DNA of 64,000 nucleotides from Mustelus asterias (taxonomy: Eukaryota). The translations under genes were made by a program, and so were the position numbers. Positions 37,985 through 50,486 of the stretch are shown piece after piece (the first letter of the stretch is position 1; each line of letters begins with the position of its first letter). Location of the stretch: contig NC_135819.1 in assembly GCF_964213995.1 (NCBI RefSeq), forward strand, positions 8,618,001-8,682,000, in the 5' to 3' direction. The notes below the pieces were generated by a model. That model was not told where the DNA came from. It was given only the letters and a program-made list of their open reading frames with translations, and ran no database searches.

Positions 37985-38285
37985 TTAGAATGTTAGAATC
38001 TTAGAAACCCTACAGCACAGAATGAGGCCATTCGGCCCATCGAGTCTGCGCCGACCACAATCCCACCCAGGCCCTACCCCCATATCCCTACATATTTACC
38101 CACTAATCCCTCTAACCTACGCATCCCAGGATACTAAGGGCAATTTTAGCATGGCCAATCAACCTAACCCGCACATCTTTGGACTGTGGGAGGAAACCGG
38201 AGCACCCGGAGGAAACCCACGCAGATACGAGGAGAATGTGCAAACTCCACACAGACAGTGACCCAAGCCAGGAATCGAACCCAGG
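37985..38285 (-). mobile_element. V-SINE (5'-truncated) amid old CR1 fragments
   Basis: Reverse complement of V-domain and tail. Confidence 0.85.
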
Positions 38286-40122
38286 TCTATTCAATCTCTC
38301 TTTGTTGCTAAAACTCTCCAGCCCAGGCAACATCCTGGTAAATCTCCTCTGCACCCTTTCCAGTGCTATCTCATCCCTCCTATAATGTAAACTCCAGAAC
38401 TGCAGTCAATACTCTAGCAGTAGTCTAACCCAAGATTTTATATAGTTTCTAGTTATCAATCCTATGATCAATGGAAACAGTTTCTCCCTATCTTCTCTTA
38501 TCAAAGCCCTTTATAATTTTGAGCATTTACTAAATCTCCCCATAACCTTCTTTGTTCTAAAGAGAAGCAGCTTCCCCATCTCCTCCTAACTGGTCCCTCT
38601 TGTCTGCTGCCATTCTAATAAATTTCATCTGTATTCTTTCAAGTCTTTCACATTCTTCTTGTAGTGTGGTTCACAGAATTGGATGTAATGCTCCAGCTGA
38701 GGCCTAACCAGTAATTTATAAACTTTTGCTTTTGTACTCTATACCTTTATTTATAAAAACCTAGAATCCTGTATGCCTTTTTAACATAATTATCAACTTG
38801 TCTTAATCTTTAAATTATAATTACAACAATCAGAGATGGGGAGTTCTCCTGACACCCTGCAGGTGTGCTGAGTATTGTCAGTGTATTCCTGTTCTCTTGC
38901 AGCCTGACCCCTTTTTTAGTGTTATAGGATAAATGTGGAGTAATAATAGACAAAATGAGACTATGGACCAATTTTATCTAGAGATATTGAGTTGATAGGA
39001 CTGTCGAAAAGGGATTGTTTTTTTTCTATCTGTGATTATCTCATTAAAAGCCCCACAAATTCATCATTCCTGTTGTCCACTGACTCCCAATCCCCTGATG
39101 TATCTATTTCAAAATCCTCATCCTCTTCAAATTTCTACAGCACCATGGTTAACTCTACCTCGGCAATTATCTCTGATTCACAACACTGATCTTCTTTCTT
39201 CAAACCCTGATTCACTGTCCATCTCAATCCTCTGCATTCTGCAATTTTCTGCCTATTCCTTTTCTGCAACTTGCCTGTCCTTAGAACCTACCTCTTCAAG
39301 TATGCCTTTGGTCACCTTCCCTTTTTTTTGGTTACTCATTCATGTGATTTGAGCATTGCTGACAAGGCCACTATTTATTGCCCATCCCTAATGGCCCTTG
39401 AGAAGGTGGTAATGAGCCTATTTCCTGACCACTCTGCATGTAAAGCATGTCGAGGAACATTTTGTAACATGAAAGGCTCTACGTAAGTGGAGTGATATGA
39501 TAGATGTTCCCAGTGTGCTGAACCTCTCCACATGTAGTGTGGCAGTGCTTTGAGTAATTTGGTCTATTTTATGTATACAGTTTAGAGTTCAGAGCTCTAT
39601 CATGATTATTGAAACTGCTAGTCTGATTATCAATTTTTCATCTTAGTCTTATACTGTATTAATTTAACAATCCCAAAGTATCCTCCCTTGCAGATCTCCC
39701 CTTGGTGTCATTCTGTCCAGGTAGGTACTGAGCCACTTGAAATGGGATGGCCCCAGGTTTTGATATCTGTTAGTGGGCTACTCTATGTGGAGGGTAACCC
39801 TGCTCAGCCTGATAATGTTCAAAATCCACAAATGTTTATGCACCATTCATGGTTTGGATCAGTAAACAGAAATTAGGGCAGCAGCTATGGTTGTCTTACT
39901 CCCTGGCTTGCATAAGTTGAAATCAGTTAACATAGAACAGGTCAGAAAATGAACCTGGGACTTTCCAGATTTCAGTGTCTTGGATGCATGAACACAGATA
40001 TACTATTAAATTAACTACACACAGACATGTTTGATAAAGCAAGAGGTGAGAATTGTACCTGGAGAAGGAAGTGAACCGGGGGAAAAAAAAATACTTGCAA
40101 TCTAAATAAAATCAGATGTTAT

Positions 40123-40250
40123 GGGTGGGATTTTACAGCCGTGCTCATCCCAAAACCGTAAAATCCCACCCGAGGTCAACGGACCTTCCCATGCTTTGCC
40201 CTAGGCCCGTTCCAAACCCTGTGGCGGGCAGGCCAGTAAAATTCCAGCTT
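40123..40250. mobile_element. Small MITE
   Basis: GGGTGGGATTTTAC has a perfect inverted copy at 40158-40171 and an imperfect terminal copy GTAAAATTCCAGC. Confidence 0.55.
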
Positions 40251-40486
40251 CTGTTCCTTCATAAGATCCTCTGCCAGTACTACAAAGCTTAATGATAAAT
40301 GATGCATTGAAGGGAATGAAAATTACCTGAAAACCTGATTAAGTTCTCTTTTTTTTTCTTTAAAATTGAGCAATGCAGAATCTGTGGGCCCAATATCGCA
40401 GCTGCAGAAAAGTGTTTTTTCTCTGAATTGAAATCAGTTTGTTAAATTATGTCTCTACTGATCTCAGCAGAAAAGAGCCACCAATG

Positions 40487-40846
40487 ATCATAGAAACATA
40501 GAATCATAGAAACCCTACAGTGCAGAAGGAGGCCATTCGGCCCATCGAGTCTGCACCGACCACAATTCCACCCAGGCCCTACCCCTACCCCACCCCCACA
40601 TATTTACCCTCTAATCCCGCTAACCTACGCATCTCAGGACTCTAAGGGGCAATTTTTAACCTGGCCAATCAACCTAACCCGCACATCTTTGGACTGTGGG
40701 AGGAAACCGGAGCACCCGGAGGAAACCCACGCAGACACGAGGAGAATTTGCAAACTCCACACAGACAGTGACCCGAGCCGGGAATCGAACCCGGGACCCT
40801 GGAGCTGTGAAGCAGCAGTGCTAACCACTGTGCTACCGTGCCGCCC
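40487..40846 (-). mobile_element. V-SINE
   Basis: Near-identical reverse complement of 2719-3053. Confidence 0.92.
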
Positions 40847-41809
40847 TGTATTAACATTCCTTTCCCTGGTGGCTATGATAATCCTTAAGGAATTATTATT
40901 TTTTAAAAATACAATTTTTGGCAACAGCAGACTCTAAATAAAGATAACATCAGCATTGGCACACAAAGCAATATTTTGGTTCTTTTAGCATCTAGATGCA
41001 AATGCAAGTAATTTTCCTTCTGTCTTGAGTCCATTGACCCTTGTTTATCAAAAGTGGATATAGCACTGACCTTGTGGAGATAGATTTAACCTATTTTATT
41101 TTTATCCTTGCTCCCTTTAGTTAGCCCCTGTCCTTTTCATATCAGTTCATTCAGTGCTTCAATTGCTCAACTGTTGCAGGGAGTGTGCTGGAACAACTGA
41201 GGGGGGTGGGAAGAATTCAGTTAAACTGGCTCCCTGACCTGTGTCAGCACAGTGAACTGTTGTTTCTTTCTCCCTGCCTTTTTTCTCTTAGAGCTCTGAC
41301 TTCTCGCTGAGATAGTTTCACATTTGCAACCACCCTTCAGTTCAAAATTTTTCTCAAGTTATCTTTCTTTTACTGTAAGGAGGCTACTTAATTATGAAGG
41401 AATGTGATAGACAAACCCAATCTAGTCCTCACCTGACAAATCTTACAGTTGCTGGATAATAATCAGTAGCCAGAAACCTGGTAGCAGTTTTTAACCTCCA
41501 TTCTGCCTCCTTCCCCACACCACCCTCAGTCAGCATCAGTGAAACCATTGCCATGGGACCATTTTAATAGGTTACATTTCTATAGCACATTGCATGCAGT
41601 AAAACATTTCAAAGTGCTTTGCAAAGAAGAAACATGCTTAACTGAAACAGATGAATAGAATGGAGACCAAGGTGCTTTTGAAGGTGTGGAGAAAAAGGGT
41701 GTTGATGAAGGGTTTTATAGTGTCAGCCCATGATGGCAGATCCCAATAACAGTTTAAGAACTCCAGGTTCCCATCCAAATTATGCACTATGCTGACTTGA
41801 AAATATATT

Positions 41810-42590
41810 CTTTTTTATTCTTTCACGGGACGTGGACATTGTTGACGAGGCCAGCATTTATTGTCTATCCTAATTGCCTTTGAGAAAGTGGTGGTGAGCT
41901 GCTGCAATTAATGTGTAGGTACACCCACAGTACTGTTAGGGAGAGTTCCAGGAATTTGACCCAGTGTCAGTGAATATATTGCTGTTCCAAGTCAGGATGG
42001 TGTGTGGCTTAGAGTGGAATTTGCAGGTGGTGGTGTTCCTATGCATCTGCTGCTTTGTGCTTCTAGATGGTAGTAGTCACAGATTTGGAAGATGGTGTCA
42101 AAGGAAACTTGGTAAGTTGCTGCTGTGTATCTTGTAGATGGCACACATTGCTGCCACTATGCATCAGTGACGGAGGGAGTGAATTTTTAAGGTGGTGGAT
42201 GGGGTGCCAATCAATGCAGGCTACTTTGTCCTGGATAGTGTCAAGCTTCTTGAGAGTTGTTGAGCTGAACTCATCCAAATAAGTGGAGAGTATTCCATCA
42301 CACTCCTGACTCATGGTGGACAGGCTTTGGGAGTAAGATGAGTTCTCCGCAAGTATTTACAGGCGCTGAACTGCTTTTCTAGCCACAGTATTTATATGGC
42401 TGGTCCAGTTCAGTTTCTGATCAATGGTAACCCCCAGGACGTTGATAGTAGGGGATTCAGTGATGGTTCTGCCATTAAATGTCCAGGGGAGATAGTTGGA
42501 TTCTAAACTGTTGGAGATGGTCATTGCTTGGCATGAATGTCACTTTCAGGCTAAGTCTTCATTTTGTTCCGGTCTTGCTGCATATGGACA
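41810..42590 (-). mobile_element. 3' fragment of the CR1/L2-group LINE family of 22993-27426
   Basis: TTLKKLDTIQDK.AC peptide and the shared 3' tail. Confidence 0.8.
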
Positions 42591-42817
42591 TGGCCTGCTT
42601 CAGCCCATTTCTTCATTGTCACTAGGTCAAAATTCTGGAATTTCCTATCTAACAGCAATACTGGGTGTACCTTTCTGTTTGCACCCACATTCTATGAATG
42701 AATAAATAAAAGAAAGTATAGAGAAATGGAATGCCCAGGATGTTCGAATCGGAAGAACAGTGGATAGGAGCTGGAATAGGTTACAAACATTGGGTGGAGT
42801 GGGACCATGAGGATTAT

Positions 42818-43633
42818 AGCAAAGATGAAAAATGGCAAATGGAGTTTAACCCTGATAAATGTGAGGTGATTCATTTTGGTAGGACTAATTTAAATGTGGA
42901 TTACAGAGTCAAAGGTAGGGTTCTGAAGACTGTGGAGGAACAGAGAGATCTTGGGGTCCATATCCACAGATCTCTAAAGGTTGCCACTCAAGTGGATAGA
43001 GCTGTGAAGAAGGCCTATAGTGTGTTAGCTTTTATTAACAGGGAGTTGGAGTTTAAGAGCCGTGGGGATATGCTGCAACTGTACAGGACCTTGGTGCGAC
43101 CACATTTGGAATATTGTGTGCAGTTCTGGTCACCTCACTATAAGAAGGATGTGGAAGCGCTGGAAAGAGTGCAGAGGAGATTTACCAGGGTGCTGCCTGG
43201 TTTGGAGGGTAGGTCTTATGAGGAAAGGTTGAGGGAGCTAGGGCTGTTCTCTCTGGAGCGGAGGAGGCTGAGGGGAGACTTGATAGAGGTTTATAAAATG
43301 ATGAAGGGGATAGATAGAGTGAACGTTCAAAGACTATTTCCTCGGGTGGATGGAGCTATTACAAGGGGGCATAACTATAGGGTTCGTGGTGGGAGATATA
43401 GGAAGGATATCAGAGGTAGGTTCTTTACGCAGAGAGTGGTTGGGGTGTGGAATGGACTGCCTGCAGTGATAGTGGAGTCAGACACTTTAGGAACATTTAA
43501 GCAGTTATTGGATAGGCACATGGAGCACACCAGGATGATAGGGAGTGGGATAGCTTGATCTTGGTTTCAGATAAAGCTCGGCGCAACATCGTGGGCCGAA
43601 GGGCCTGTTCTGTGCTGTACTGTTCTATGTCCT
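42818..43633 (+). mobile_element. Young CR1 3' fragment
   Basis: Translation nearly identical to the CR1 at 35137-36336. TSD ATGAGGATTAT (42807-17 and 43634-44). Confidence 0.95.
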
Positions 43634-44476
43634 ATGAGGATTATGAATATGCTGCACCACTTTTGATTTGATATTAAAATATCTTGGCACCAGGAACACT
43701 TTGCTTTAAAAAAGAAAGCAGAAGATTTGACTTTAATGTCCATTTATTTTCCCCTGTTCATGAATATTTCTCTCCAATAAAACACACCTGGGTGTTTGAC
43801 TCCTGAGGATATTGATAGCGTCTGGTTTCTCATTCTTGCTTTTTTCCCATTAAAACAGCTCTAAATTCCAGTTCAAATGATATTGGAAAGTGAGTCAGCC
43901 AGGAGTAATGGCTGTGAGACACATGAAGTAGCAAGCAGGCTTGCTTGGCACGTAGCTAAGCAGGAGGTGGGAAGTTAGTGACCTGCGTAATAATGTAATG
44001 ACTTAATAGTATTATGAGTACTAAAATGCTGGAAAGATAAGGTCAAAGCATTGAAATATCTCTGATATCTATTGCCTGCTATGACATTTCAACTTTTTAT
44101 CTATCAGCAATCCACAACTATACCCTGCTCTCCCTAATTAGTACACTTTCTTTCATGGCTGCAAATGACAAGAGAAGGTTTTATTTTTCATCATATAGAT
44201 TAGGACTGAAAAGTAAGTAGGAGCAGAACATTCCAGTAAAGATTAAGTTGGTCTACTGAGTAGAGTATGTGTTGTGACAATAACGTGGTATGTTGATGCA
44301 TTACTGAGTAATCCCTCACGCCTGATTTTTTTGTTTTACAGCATTTACTAATGCTTCAACATGTCATTGTTTCCAAAACATTATAAGCAGTAGGTCTTCT
44401 GCAAGAGTGGCACAGCAAGACTTTGCATTGGAACTTTGCACCCTTTATTTCCCAATATAAAAGGACATGTTGCAGA

Positions 44477-44635
44477 AGAATTGTGAATGGACAATAATCA
44501 ACATATTATACAAGATGCATTCTGCATATTTACTGGGAGTTTGAGTGTTTTTGCTCCTTTTGTTTCTAATGAATGGACCAAATGCGCTCAGTATGCAGCA
44601 AGATAATAGTTACCTGAGGGCAAGCTTTTTTCACT
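44477..44635 (+). repeat. 159-bp segment duplicated at 45552-45710
   Basis: Direct repeat with 3 mismatches by eye. Confidence 0.9.
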
Positions 44636-45348
44636 CTGAGGGCGGAACGAGCTGTTAGAGGCAGTAGTAGAGACGGGTAGAATTTTGTGTTTTAAAAAGC
44701 ATTAGACAGTTACATGGGTATAGAGGGATATGGGCCAAATGTGGACAATTGAGACTAGCTTAGTGGTTAAAAACTGGGCGGCATGGACAAGTTGGGCCAA
44801 AGGGCCTGTTTCCATGCTGTAAACCTCTATGACTATGAGATGCACAGTGGCATGGCACTGGAAATTCCAGGTTTAATAGTCAGCCTGTGTGAATTATCTG
44901 ACGTTGGCTGATGCAACCATTTCATTCAGTGTCCCTAGGAAAAGGAGGCAAAATCAGTCCAGTTTCGGTTCCAGATCGCTGTTTAATGATGAGGAGTCCT
45001 TGTGCATGAATGTTGGGGTAAGGGAAGGATTGGACTCCATTCTGATGGTGTATAAACTGTCGACCCTGTCTTCGCTAGCATGTGATAAATAGGCACAGAT
45101 AGGATCCCCAGGGAGCTGCTAGTATATGTGGAACCACACCATAGGAACAGTCAGCAGATTCAGGACTGGGAGCATGGAGGTGAAGATTGAGTGGGTTAGG
45201 TTTAGGTTTGGGTTCAAAAAGCATAATCAGCAATTTAAGAAGTATCCATAACTAAAACAAGAATCTCAATGATTTACCGTTTTAGTTGCAAAGAGGGAAT
45301 TTTTATTTTAAGCACTAATTTCACAATGCATGTTCCTGAAGAAATAAC

Positions 45349-46384
45349 AGGGACAATTTCCTGACCTCACCGCAGCTGGTGCAGATTGTGTCAAATCCAG
45401 AAAATAGCTTGCGGGCCTAAAAATTGGTTTCGTGCACAGTACCAAACGGTTTGCAATGGTCCCAGCCCCTTTCTACTGGTGCAAACCAGATTGCGCCCAG
45501 AAAGGGTGCAAGGCGATTAGCTTGAGATTGACTGGATTTCAATCTCATTAGAGAATTGTGAATGGACAATAATCAAGATATTATACAAGATGCATTCTGC
45601 ATGTTTACCGGGAGTTTGAGTGTTTTTGCTCCTTTTGTTTCTAATGAATGGACCAAATGCGCTCAGTATGCAGCAAGATAATAGTTACCTGAGGGCAAGC
45701 TTTTTTCACTTCCGGAATTTTCCCACCTCTCTGGTGGAATATCACATGGGTGCGAATCAGTACTGGTCTCCATTAGTGGAGACCAGGCGTGATGGCTACA
45801 CCAGGGGGCTGAGACGACATTGAAGCCCTCGGGTTATTGGAGGCATAGCTGGGCAGTGCCTATCAGGCAGTGCCAGTTGGGTACTGCCAGGGATGGGGCC
45901 TGAGTTGTGGCTTTCTGGGGTTTTTTTTTTGAGGTGGGGGGTGCTGTGCAGGGGGAACCTATGCCGGTGGGGGCTGTGCAGGGGTCTCATTTAGTGGTGG
46001 ATTATGTGGCGGAACGGGGGGGGGGGGGGGGGGGATGTCAGGGGTCATGGTGGGAGGGCTCCAATGCTGACGACCCATGTCAGGAGTGGGTGGGGGAACA
46101 TGCTGCTGATTGAGGGAGTTTTGTCCTTATGTCCATGGGGGGTGAGAGGGGGTCTCCCAGTGCACTGAGAAATCGGAATGGCTCGTGAAATGGTGCCCGA
46201 GCTCTCTACAGCTGAGCTCACTGGTGTGTTTAGGCTCCGCCCTCCTCCATACCGATGTGCAACTCACCAAAAGAGTGCCTGAATGTGAGACAGTTGGAGT
46301 CTGGAGCACACCTGACGGATTGGTGCAGAGTGCTCCGGTATTCCCACCGTTATGACACTTTTGTTGGGGAGGAAAATTCAGCCT
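45349..46384 (+). mobile_element. Non-autonomous derivative of the Harbinger at 132-5529
   Basis: First ~200 bp align with 132-332, ends ACCGTTATGACA...GGAAAATTCAGCCT, 3-bp TSD AAC. Confidence 0.75.
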
Positions 46385-47462
46385 AACTTTTTCTTTGAAA
46401 ACCTATTTCAATATTGATTTTAGTGGATCTGCTGTGATGTTGCTTATGGTACATTGGAAGGAATTCTGTTTTAGCAAGGATAGAAGCATTATAATGTAGT
46501 ATTGTTAAGGTGGAGCTTTTTGTATCTTAGCCAGATCTTTAAAGCTACAAGGTCGAAGTTACTGTAATAAGAGACATTGTAAAATCAACCAGTAGAGAGT
46601 TAACTCCTCCTCAAGGTCATAAAAGCAGGAAAAGACTGTCTTTCTCTTTCCCTTTTAAAGATTGTTTTGCACCTGTAATAAAATAAAATAGACTCAACAT
46701 TGGTGTACTATAAATCCCTAACAAAAATAGATACAAGCTTGTTGGTTATGCAACTTACCAATTCTCTTCAAGTTAATTAAAAGAAAATAATTTCCTTGCC
46801 TCTCATGCAGTTTTTCTCAACTGAGAGAACACACAGGCCACCTACCCCTCCATTGCATAGCCTCATGGCAGTGTGAGAGGTGCCAAAGGGATAAGCTTTC
46901 CTATTTGGGCATTCCTTCCTCCACTCAGTTGATATAACCTGACATTCTGTCTCTCCATGAAGCTACTGTGTACTCCACTCTCTTGCCCTCCTCCTTTATA
47001 GTTCAATTATTAAAGAGAATGCTGTGAAGGAGGCATCTACATAAGAATTAAAATAAAAAACAAAAAATATTGGCAATATTCAGCATCTGTGGAAAATGTT
47101 ATAATACCAGTAATTTTATCTTGGTTAAAAGAATAAAGCTGCCTGGTTCACTGCTTAAAATAAAATTTTTACTACACTAGAATAAAAGAACATGAATTCT
47201 AATAACCACACACTATCTCAAATAGTCAGTTATGTTAAAGAAATTAAAAGTACAATGAACACAGTTACTTGTACACTAAACTTCTTAACTCAAACTTCCT
47301 TTGATAGTCACTTGAGTACACCCCCAAAACGCAAAAGTCAGAAACTGGAAGATTAGTCACTTGGCCTGAGTACTGTTTCAAAGATTCATGAAAGGATTGA
47401 AATTTCTTGGGCCTTCTCCTTACTTCTGCTCAGATTGTCCCTTTAAACGCCCCACAGTATGA

Positions 47463-47926
47463 CTCTAACACTACATTCTGCACCCTCTCCTTTCCTTCCC
47501 TATGTACGGTATGCTTTGTCTGTATAGTGTGCAAGTAATAATACCTTTCACTGTATACTAATACATGTGACAAAAATTAAATCACTTCCAGCTGCCTCGG
47601 AAAAGCAGCCAACATAGTCAAGGACCCCACACACCCCAGACATTCTCTCTTCCATGTTCTTCTGTCGGGTAAAAGATACAAAAGTCTGAGGTCACATACC
47701 AACCGACTCAAGAACAGCTTCTTCCCTGTTGCCATCAGACTTTTGAATGGACCGAGCTTATTAAGTTGATCTTTCTCTACACCCTAGCTATGATTGAAAC
47801 ACTACATTCTGCAATCTCTCCTTTCCTTCTCTATGTACCCTACGAATGGAATGCTTTATCTGTATAGTGCGCAAGAAACAATACTTTTCACTGTATACGA
47901 ATACATGTGACAATAAATCAAATCAA
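47463..47926 (+). mobile_element. Rex1/Babar-like LINE 3' end preceded by a second copy of its 3' UTR
   Basis: KAANIVKDPTHPRHSLF..L.SGKRYKSL...TNRLKNSFFP.AIRLLN and an (AAATC)n tail. Confidence 0.75.
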
Positions 47927-48450
47927 TAGTTGTAGAGTCTTCGTTCAACACCAGCGATGCTGGCATCTTGGGCTCATGTCAGAATGCTCCAATTCTAATG
48001 TTATTTACCTCTACGGTGCTGTGTCTGGGAATTTTCACTCTTCTCAGCTTGGCTATCCTAACACCTCGCTGTTAGCCTACTCCTGCTCCTTGTTCTTATG
48101 TTCTTAGTAGAGTCCTTCAGTTATCAAGAGTTTCAAACCTTTTTGCCAGTTTTCAGAATTTTAACTGAATTCTGCTTGAAAGAAACACTCCCTGCAGTCA
48201 GCTTATTCTAACCTGCTTGAAAACATAATCACACCCAGGAATTAATACCCTCCCTTTACCCCAATTACTGGGAGCGAGTTGACATTTATAATAAAGGATC
48301 TTCCAGAGAAACTTGGTTCTTAAAAGGGACCATCACTCCAACATAGACTTTTTTCCCCCAAGAGCACATGGGCCATCACAAGAGAGCTACTTAGTTAATG
48401 TTTTAGGCTAATGATGTTTCCTCTGCACTGTAAGGATTCTATCGTTCTAC

Positions 48451-48804
48451 GGATATGGCGTTCCTGGCTGGGCCAGCATTTATTTCCCATCATTAATTGC
48501 CCTTGAACTGAGTAGCATACTAGGCCATTCGGAGGGCATTCAAGAGTCAACCACATTGCTGTGGATCTGGAGTCACGTAAGCCAGACTAGGTAAGGATGG
48601 CAGACTTCCTTCCCTTAAAGACATTAGTATTCAGATGGGCTTATGACAATCGCCAATGGTTTCATGTTCATCAGTAGACTTTTTATTCCAGATTTTTTTA
48701 TTGAATTCAAATTTCTCCATCTGCCGTGGTAGAATTCAAACCCAGGTCCCCAGCAGATTACCCTGGATTACTAGTCCAGTGATAATAACACTACACCACT
48801 GCCT
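48451..48804 (-). mobile_element. Near-complete tRNA-headed SINE sharing head and tail with LINE 22993-27426
   Basis: Reverse complement AGGCAGTGGTGTAGTG...GGTTTGAATTC...CTAATGTCTTTAAGGGAAGGAAGTCTGCCATCCTTACCT...CAAGGGCAATTAATGATGGGAAATAAATGCTGGCC. Confidence 0.8.
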
Positions 48805-50151
48805 TATTGTGAAATTCTAAGAAAAACTATGCACCACCAAGCCTTTCCAAATAAAGTTGGATGCTGTTAGCATCCCCATTAAATTCTCGGCTTGTGATCT
48901 GTCTTTTAAATTAAGCTGACAAGACAGTCTGAGGGCATTTTAGTTATAGCAGTTATTGTTTTTAGCCACAAGAAATTTTAAACTGTAGATCTGAGAAATC
49001 TGAAACAAAACCATAAAATGTTAGCAATGTGTTTTTGGTGAGACTATTTCTCAATTTAATGCATTTTTTTTGATGAAACTAATCAAATCTAAAGAAACAG
49101 AAGAAAATACAAAATATCTGAAGATAATGAGGTACATTTTTGGAAGGGGACAGAGGGAGCTTAATCTAACTTGTACACCTGTGAGTGCCTAATGATGATA
49201 CTGGGAGCTAGATCCGTCACCACAACCTTGCCCAAAATCATGAGGGAGAGAAGTGGAGAATGATTGGAAACTTGGTTTGATTCAATCCCAGTCTCTCAGT
49301 TCCTCCCTGTGCCCTTGCTGGGACTACTTCTGGCTGCTTCTTTCCTATCTATCTCGTGCAGTAGTGTGAAGTATTGAGCAAGTGCTGCTGGTATATTTCC
49401 TTCTGGACTAATTTTGTTACTGCTTCCTGGGGCTGCAAAAACAGTTTTAGGTCCTCATAAATAATAATAAATCTGTGGTCCTGTTATGGAAGGATAGGGG
49501 CTCCATAATTCCTTGCTTTATAGGCTATGGTGCATGGATCTGATGACAATCCCACAGGAGGAGAATCCTGGTCTGTATATCAATGAGTGTCTGTACAAAT
49601 GAGTGCAAACCTTCTGTGCTTTTCCCTTTCTGTCAAGAATATAATAGCAAATACAGGTTTCAGAATGTTCAGTAATTTTTCAAAGCTATTTGCAAACTTT
49701 TGAGTACAAAGTTTTTTTTTTTGTCACGATCCTATGATGCTTTGTCTTTCTGTTTATTTAATCATTGGAGTTAGAGTCAGTATTAACCTATTTCTTCTGG
49801 GAGAAAGATACATTACAAAATCATGAGCTGAAACAAAAATAATTTAGAGAATGGGATTTAGCTCGGCATGGTTTAAAGGTAGAGCATTCATTGCACAATA
49901 TTTATAATTTGAAAAGGCTGCCTCTCTCCCTATCTCAGAATAACTTCTGGACAAAGGCACTTTTTGAAAAAGCACTGAAGTTTGATTTTTGGTCCGTGTA
50001 AATTTGTTGATTATCTTGGGGTCTAAGGAGGAGAAGAACCAACCAGAAGTCCCATCCCTGAATTGCTCACAAGCAATGCTTACTAGAAGGTATGATATCT
50101 GTATGGGTGGAAGTTTGGGCTTGTGGGGCGGACATCAGATGATGCTCTGCG

Positions 50152-50486
50152 ATCATAGAAATCATAGAAACCCTACAGTACAGAAAGAGGCCATTCGGCC
50201 CATCGAGTCTGCACCGACCACAATCCCACCCAGGCCCTACCCCCATATATTTTACCCACTACTCCCTCTAACCTACACATCTCAGGGGCAATTTTAAGCA
50301 TGGCCAATCAACCTAACCCGCACATCTTTGGAATGTGGGAGGAAACCAGAGCACCCGGAGGAAACCCACGCAGACACGAGGAGAATGTGCAAACTCCACA
50401 CAGACAGTGACCCAAGCCGGGAATCGAACCCAGGTCCCTGGAGCTGTGAAGCAGCAGTGCTAACCACTGTGCTACCGTGCCGCCCC
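50152..50486 (-). mobile_element. V-SINE
   Basis: Reverse complement of the V-SINE sequence seen elsewhere in the window. Confidence 0.92.

Noticed and set aside
42731-43558. 275-aa ORF as a novel fusion gene
   Set aside because: Chance in-frame join of flanking DNA to a truncated CR1, delimited by its TSD.
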